Positions 57,069 to 64,000 of a DNA stretch of 64,000 nucleotides are shown in pieces (position 1 is the stretch's first letter; the number at the start of each line of letters is the position of its first letter). The position numbers were made by a program, and so were the translations under genes. The notes beneath the pieces were generated by a model. It made no database searches. It saw nothing but the letters and a program-made list of their open reading frames with translations, and was not told the DNA's origin. Where the stretch lies: positions 992,001 through 1,056,000 of the forward strand of contig JBBPEB010000032.1 of NCBI GenBank assembly GCA_039096225.1. The letters are read 5' to 3'. This DNA is from Blastocystis sp. Blastoise (Eukaryota > Protista > Bigyra: Opalinata).

Positions 57069-57200
57069 CACTGGTAGGCATTTTCACGGATATCAAAAAA
57101 GCGACAAATGAGAAAAAGTAAACAAAAAATTTTAAGACACTTTTCAGTCATAGCGAATAGAGTGGCCAAAAAATAGACTAATTTTGTCGGGTATGTTGTT
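57069..57200 (+). mobile_element. Solo CACTA-like terminus
   Basis: CACTGGTAGGCATTTT is 14/16 identical to the right TIR of the 52671-52767 MITE; GC-richer sequence follows. Confidence 0.55.
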
Positions 57201-57379
57201 TGTTTTTATTCGTTCAGAATTCTTTTAGAAACGTCATTTTTTATTTATTTATCGTTGTGTGAATGATAATAAAAATATATATAACAAAAGACAATAGATA
57301 ATAATAAAAAAATAATAACAATAATAAAGATAATAAAATAATAATTATTTATAATATTTTTGAGTAATTTGATATCATT

Positions 57380-57921
57380 TTGGATCACTATATATACATA
57401 AATGATAGAAATGATAATAATATAGATAACATATAAATATATACCTTTATGTATCACTTGTAGAATACCCCTTGAAGAAAAACCACAACTATAAAAATAT
57501 AATTTATAAAAATAAATATATTATAATAATATACCTTCAACCACCAAACAGACTAGACCAAGAGAAACCTCATGAAGGACCTAGAACCTATATAAAAATA
57601 AAAGTAGTTAATTTTAAAAAAATAAAATATAATAAAATACCTTCAAAACCAGGGAGTTGTTAACCAAGGAGACCGACAACAACACCTGAACCTATAGAAG
57701 ATGATAATAATAATAACAAAGAGAATGCTAAAAATATATACCTTTAATAGCACAAGATTTCTAGTTACATAGACCCCACAACTCATTGTTTAACTATAGA
57801 GGATAAAGAAGAATGAAAAGAAACATACCTTTAAAGAAGAAGACCAATTAGGACCTATTTGAATCTATTTGGATAGATCATGAAGACTATAAAGTTTAAG
57901 GCAAATAAAAAATATTATATA
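57380..57921 (-). ncRNA. Candidate spliced lncRNA or microprotein gene with five ~50-nt internal exons
   Basis: GC-richer blocks 57829-57886, 57742-57793, 57641-57691, 57535-57587 and 57445-57488, each ending AAG|GTAT and preceded by TATAG; spliced ORFs are at most 37-58 aa. Confidence 0.45.
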
Positions 57922-58659
57922 CATCTTATAATATATAAAAAATATCTGAAAAATAAATAAAAATAAAAATAAATATGTGAAAATATTAAATCTTAAAAAT
58001 AAAGAGAAATTCCCCCTTATAAAATCTTTTTTTCTATAATAAAAGTTTGTGTAAATTCGTTGTTTCCAGGGGTTAAAACATTTTAAAAATTTCCCTTTTT
58101 CTCTTTTATAAAGTCTATTTGAATTTTTAATTGATATATAAATGTTATATGTGTACATTAAGCTTAATTATTTAATTATAACAGATTTCCGGACTTAATT
58201 AAACAAGAAAATTGTTATTTTAATAAACTATAATTACAATTAAATATATTTGTTAGCTATTTTTATATAATACTATTCTATTTATAATAAGAATGCAATA
58301 GAGAATCAAAAAATATATTTAGTATAGCTATTTATGAAGATACAATTTACAATTGGCAACTTTTGTTTTATAATATGTTTTAGTTCAACGAATCATATAT
58401 TATTATTAGTGAATAAATAAACTGAGAATGTCTGAGAGGTTTGTAAGTGGTTTTAGACATTATAAAGAATATCATAAAATATAAATAGAAACTGTATTTA
58501 TGTTAAACTCCTTTTTATGTTATTCCAAAAGAATTCTTTTAAAATATTTTTATTCTCAAATACTACAAAACAAAATGTATATAAAAAATAAATATAACAC
58601 AATAAAAAATAGATAAAATAGATATTAGATAATATATATAAATATAAGTAACATATCAT

Positions 58660-58731
58660 TATAATACATATAATATGTATATGTAAGGAACTTCTTTCTA
58701 TCCTATATATATATATGACTATAAAACTATG

Positions 58732-58772
<41 letters not shown>

Positions 58773-60064
58773 ATAAAGAGTAGATTAGTTGCGGCTGTGG
58801 GTATACCTGTTCTTTAAGGAGTATGAGAGAGTAATATATAGGGAGAAAGGAAAGGAGGATACTAGAATATAACGAGAAGAGTTAAGGAATAGAAAGGAAG
58901 GGAGAGACACTATGAAGGGATAGAATAAGATAGATAATATAATGCCAATTAATAAGTATAATAATAATAATAGCTATAATAACTATAATATATATACAAG
59001 ATAAATAACCATGCTTCTGATAATCATGGTTATCAAGGAGAGACATAAAACGCTGGTATTATAGGAGGTATATAGTAAGTATATATATATTGATGTATTT
59101 GTGGTTTATAAATATATAATGTCATATCTATCATATGTATAGCATTTTAATATCTATATATACATTAATTATAAATATAAAATAGTTAATACTATGTTAA
59201 TATTTTATATCAAAAGTTTTATAGTGTATAATTAAATATACAATTGAGAAATACTGGAGAAGTAATATTCCCCGCGATTAAGGATTCATAAAGACAGCAC
59301 CCACAATAATACTGGAAGATGAAGAAGGAGAAATATGGAGAACTGTACATAACCACGGGGATAATAAGTATATATATTCTATAAATTATTTAATAAGAAG
59401 ATCTTGTTTAGTAAGTAGCTGACAGAGGGATTCAAACATCCATAAAATACATAGATTCTATATAATAATAATAGTAATATATAATAATATATAGATTCTA
59501 TATAAAATAATAATAATAAATATAATAATAATAATAATAAATATCTATATATATATAGCATACATAAGGGAAATACATGACTATAGAGCTATATATTCCT
59601 TTATATTTATAAATTATTCCTAATGCTTGTTATGTATATTTATGTTTATGTATATATATTAAGGAATGAATAAGAAGAAAGAATAAGAGGAACACGAGGT
59701 AATAAATAAGGATGAGAAGGAGTTAAGAAGGTATCTATATATAATAATAATAATAATAATATATACATATATATACAATTTAAATCTTTATTTTTTAACT
59801 GGACAAATACATATCAATTTATATATATATATATAATTCTGCACAATAACTACATTCAGATGCTAATATATCAATTTATATATATATATATAATTCTGCA
59901 CAATAACTACATTCAGATGCTAATATAATTATTTATATTTGTGATATAGGGTTTCATAAACTATATATTTATAAATATAAATAATAATTATAATTATAAT
60001 AAATATAATAATAATAGATATAATAATAATAATAAATATAATAATAGATATAATAATAAATATA

Positions 60065-60103
<39 letters not shown>

Positions 60104-63100
60104 TAATAATACTAATAAATATAATAATAATAAATATAATAAATATAAATATAATAATAATAAATATAATAAACATAACAATATATACCTTTTTTATTAG
60201 GTTCAAAATTAAATCCAAAATCTCTACTGGCAACTCTCATTCTCCCTCCAGATCGAGGAGGGGGAAGTGGGGGTAATGCTGATGATGATATATTCAATTT
60301 ATTATTATTATTATTATTAATATTATTATTATTATTCTTTCCTAAAGTAATAATATTATTATGATGAGAAATAGCTATTCTATCTTTATTTGTAGGAGTT
60401 AATAATATATTACTAGCACAATTATTATGTATATCATATGTATAATCAATACAAGTATTAAGATCTGAAGATTGTAACGTTGATTTGATTTGATTGGCTA
60501 TTGTTGAAGATAAATGTGCGGATAACGGACTGTTAACATTCTGAGGAATAGTATTTTTATCATTATTATCATTAGTATTATTATTAGTATAATTATTATC
60601 ATTTTCAAATAATTCACCATTACTAATACTATTGATTCTCTTTAGAGGAATAGGAGAAGTACTTTTCGATAAGGTGATATTTCTATATCATTATCTGCTT
60701 CTTTATATATAGTATCCATATTAATTGGACGTATTTCAGAGAATGAAGATGAATTTCCTTGTGTAGTAGTAGTATATATTTCATTGCGATCACCATCAAA
60801 TACTATTTCATTAGTATTATTCACTTCATAAGGAGAAACAGATGTAGATGAAGGCATAGGAGTAATAGAAGCTTTTGGAAATGGTATTTCTGAATCATAT
60901 TCTAAAGGATCTAAAGAATTTCTATTCGAACCAGAAAGATGATGAGAGAAAGAATGTATATTATTATTAGTAGTAGTATCAACTTATAATTCATTACTAT
61001 TGATTAATATATTATTTGATATAGGAGGAGGAGTAGCCGATTTGATATAGAACTATCTACAATAGGAGACGAGACACAATCATTATTTTCATGATAACTA
61101 CTATTTGAGTCTTGTTTCATGAGATGGTGTTGACTATTATATTGTAAATTCGAGAGAGAAAGAGGAATAGAAGAAGGTGGAGTTGCTGATAAAGATGGAG
61201 GTATATATATAGATGTACCTATATGAGTAGAAGGAGTAGATATACGTATTGATGAAGGATATGAATGACCTAATAATTTATTAGCTATTATATTATTATT
61301 TAGAGTAGTATTATTATTAGTATTATTTATAGAAGATACAATAGGCATATTATTATTAGTAGTAGCATTAGTATTAATACTATTCATATTAATACCATTA
61401 ATATTAATTTTCTTTTCTAAGAATAATTTATGCATTACTTCTGGTTTATAGAAAGGAGTTAATATATAGAAAGCATCAAGTAATGTAGAGGTAAATAATT
61501 GCTGTATTATATAAGGATTTGAAAAAGATGGAGTTAATAAAGAAAAATAAATTTCTATTATCATTTGTATAGATGCAGAATCTATATAATATTAATAATT
61601 ATTAGATATTATAAATATTTAAAAAAATGAAATTATATATATATATACCTTTATGACATATATTGGCTAATATATATATATCTCTTTGCCACCTCTGTAA
61701 CATTCTAATATATACCTCATCCGATATATGGTCATCCACCAAATTATCTAAAGCCTTCTCTATATATATATTATATAAACATATGTATATATATTATATA
61801 CTATAAATATATATACTTCTTTTAATATCTAAAGATAATGTTGTTCAATAACCAGTCAATTTATCTTGATCATCTCTATATATAATATTATATACAAATA
61901 TACATAATCATATATATATACAATTTAGTTAAAGCAGCAAGATAAAGTAATAGAATATCTTTAAATAAAAAATATTATCATCTTTTTCATATCTTAAACA
62001 TTTATGTATATAATCACATATTTCTGTATCCATATAATTAGTAATATGTATAATATCATATATAAAGTTGATAATAGAACGATATTGCTTTGTTATTGTA
62101 GTATCTGCAGAATTATCACGATATATATATATATATATCATATAAATGTGTTCCTTGTACTAACATATATATTATGGAAACATCCTATATATTATTATTA
62201 TTATTTATAATATAATAATCTTTATTAAATAATAATAAGAATTAATAAAATAATAATAATAATATGTATATACATTAATGAGTATATCTGGATAGTTCTT
62301 ATATAATAATATATAGATCATAAATGGGTTTTGAGAGGTAGATAATATCTTATAGAGATTCGGAGTAGATGTAACTACTGTATGATAATATTCAAAATAT
62401 AACCTATATATATATAGTACAATATATATTCTATTTAGTATAGTATATAAATATTATAATATAATATTCTGTTATATAATAATAATAGGATAAATATTAA
62501 TAATATATATATATATATATATACTTAATAGCTTGAAAGTTGATTTTATGAAACATCCAAAAGCATAGGATAATGATTAATAAATATAATTATATAAGAA
62601 CCATTTTCTTTATCTTTCATAAATGTAAAGAAAAAACAATACATTATTTTCTATATAAATAATAATCATATAGTATATATTAGTATATATAAATATAATA
62701 ATAATATATATATATATATATACAAATAATGGTATAGTTGTAGAATCTCTTTATTCTCACAGCATAAGTTAATATATAAGGATAATACTGTATCATAATC
62801 TTCAATAGATATATATTGAGTAATAAAATGAGAAAATAATATATTATTTATATATATATATCTAATGATAAATATAATACAGTAGAAGCACAAAATAATG
62901 TACGTGTCTATATATATATATAATTAATATTAATCTAATTATTATTTAAAAAATAAAGAAAAATAATATAAGAATAATAAGAATAATAATATATAAATAT
63001 ACAAGTAATTGAACAGATTTAACAATGAAGAAACTAGATAGTTTCCCTATATTCGGATTTTTATAAATATCAATAATATAATGCTTTCCAGGGATGGGAG

Positions 63101-64000
63101 GATTTGGTTTCTCATAAGGTAATAATGGATTAAATAAACATAAGCAATAAACATTAGGTATATAGGCAAAGAGGAAAGGAAATAAAGTAAATAATCGAGA
63201 AGATAAAGAGAATAGAGAGGCAAAGAGACTGGGTCTATAGAAGAAGTATTATTAGAATAATATGTATATTAATATATATAACAATAATAAGTATAAAAAT
63301 GATAAAAATAAATATAATAAAAGAAGAATAGTAATAAATATATATATGTTGATCTTCAGTAGCTGTAAAACAATCAAAATATATATATATACAAATATAG
63401 TAATATTGATAGAATGATTCAATCTATATATAATAATAATAATAATAATAATAAATAGACATACCATTTTTATTTGAAAGAATAGTACCATCAATCGGAT
63501 TTGTAAATGGTAAAGAAAAATTCATATTCTATATATAATATATTAAAATTAGCATAAAATAATATAGAATTAAAATAAATTAAAATTAAATAAATATTTA
63601 ATATAGGAAAATAAAAAAAAAGAAAAATGTTAATGCAAACGAAAAAAAATATATATGATATTTATATACTGTTGATAACATGTTGAGTTGTTGTTTGACA
63701 GTGATTTGAGTAAGAACCACCAAAAAGAACCTAAAAAAATTAAAAAAAAAGAAATGGAAAAAAATACCTTACCAAATAGATAGATAACAACAATTCTTTT
63801 TGACAAACACTTCTAATAGTGACTGAGGAGACTGTTTGAACGCAGACGGGAAGCCAGAATGAAGAACCTAAAAGAATCAGATAAAAAAATAGGAAATATT
63901 CAATAAATAAATTATGATATAATATATACCTGTATAGAAAACACCTAAGATATGCATAGCAGTAACTAGATCTGCTTGTATGCAACAAATTAAAAATAAA
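58660..64000 (-). CDS. Large multi-exon hypothetical protein, 5' end outside window; Ser/Asn/Pro-rich central exon with apparent frameshifts
   Basis: Series of coding-like blocks bounded by TATAG/GTATA on the minus strand (GSSFWLPVCVQTV, MPSSTSVSPYEV, ALPPLPPPRSGG, IIVGAVFMNPNRG); no family recognised. Confidence 0.6.
59809..59926. repeat. 57-bp tandem duplication
   Basis: ATATCAATTT(AT)nAATTCTGCACAATAACTACATTCAGATGCTAAT present twice. Confidence 0.9.

Noticed and set aside
58660-64000. BEACH/neurobeachin-like identity for the large right-edge gene
   Set aside because: Only a vague resemblance of GSSFWL to the ConA-like region; no BEACH or WD40 motifs found

Overview
Extremely AT-rich, intron-rich eukaryotic DNA using the standard genetic code. 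Gene content (PPi-dependent PFK, small Tim, BTB/TLDc-family proteins, bacterial-type PHP hydrolase) suggests an anaerobic gut protist, probably an AT-rich Blastocystis-like stramenopile; this is inference, not proven. The first ~38 kb is gene-dense: FPGS/FolC 3' end, a 7-TM protein, TLDc protein, small TM protein, EDR2-C/DUF1336 protein, PPi-PFK, RPL36A, PHP phosphoesterase, small Tim, UNC-50, PX-AGC kinase, STE20 kinase, BRO1/ALIX-like protein, DUF4203 protein and MRT4. The 38-58 kb region is gene-poor, with pseudogenes, a glycosyltransferase plus a truncated paralog, and transposon debris. A large multi-exon gene runs off the right edge. Main observations read from the sequence: (1) two U12-type AT-AC introns in neighbouring genes, plus a GC-AG intron; (2) DNA transposon relics of apparently four superfamilies, each with diagnostic ends or TSDs: a 4.2-kb hAT with 8-bp TSD 30 bp upstream of the PHP gene carrying a nested TIR element, a MULE-like MITE with 9-bp TSD in the UNC-50 promoter, and a CACTA MITE with 3-bp TSD plus related ends, one exactly at the glycosyltransferase truncation; (3) a helically phased array of five CRE (TGACGTCA) sites upstream of an unannotated spliced bZIP-like gene; (4) a spliced multi-exon locus with ~50-nt exons and almost no coding capacity. 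Most short ORF-track entries are AT-microsatellite artefacts.
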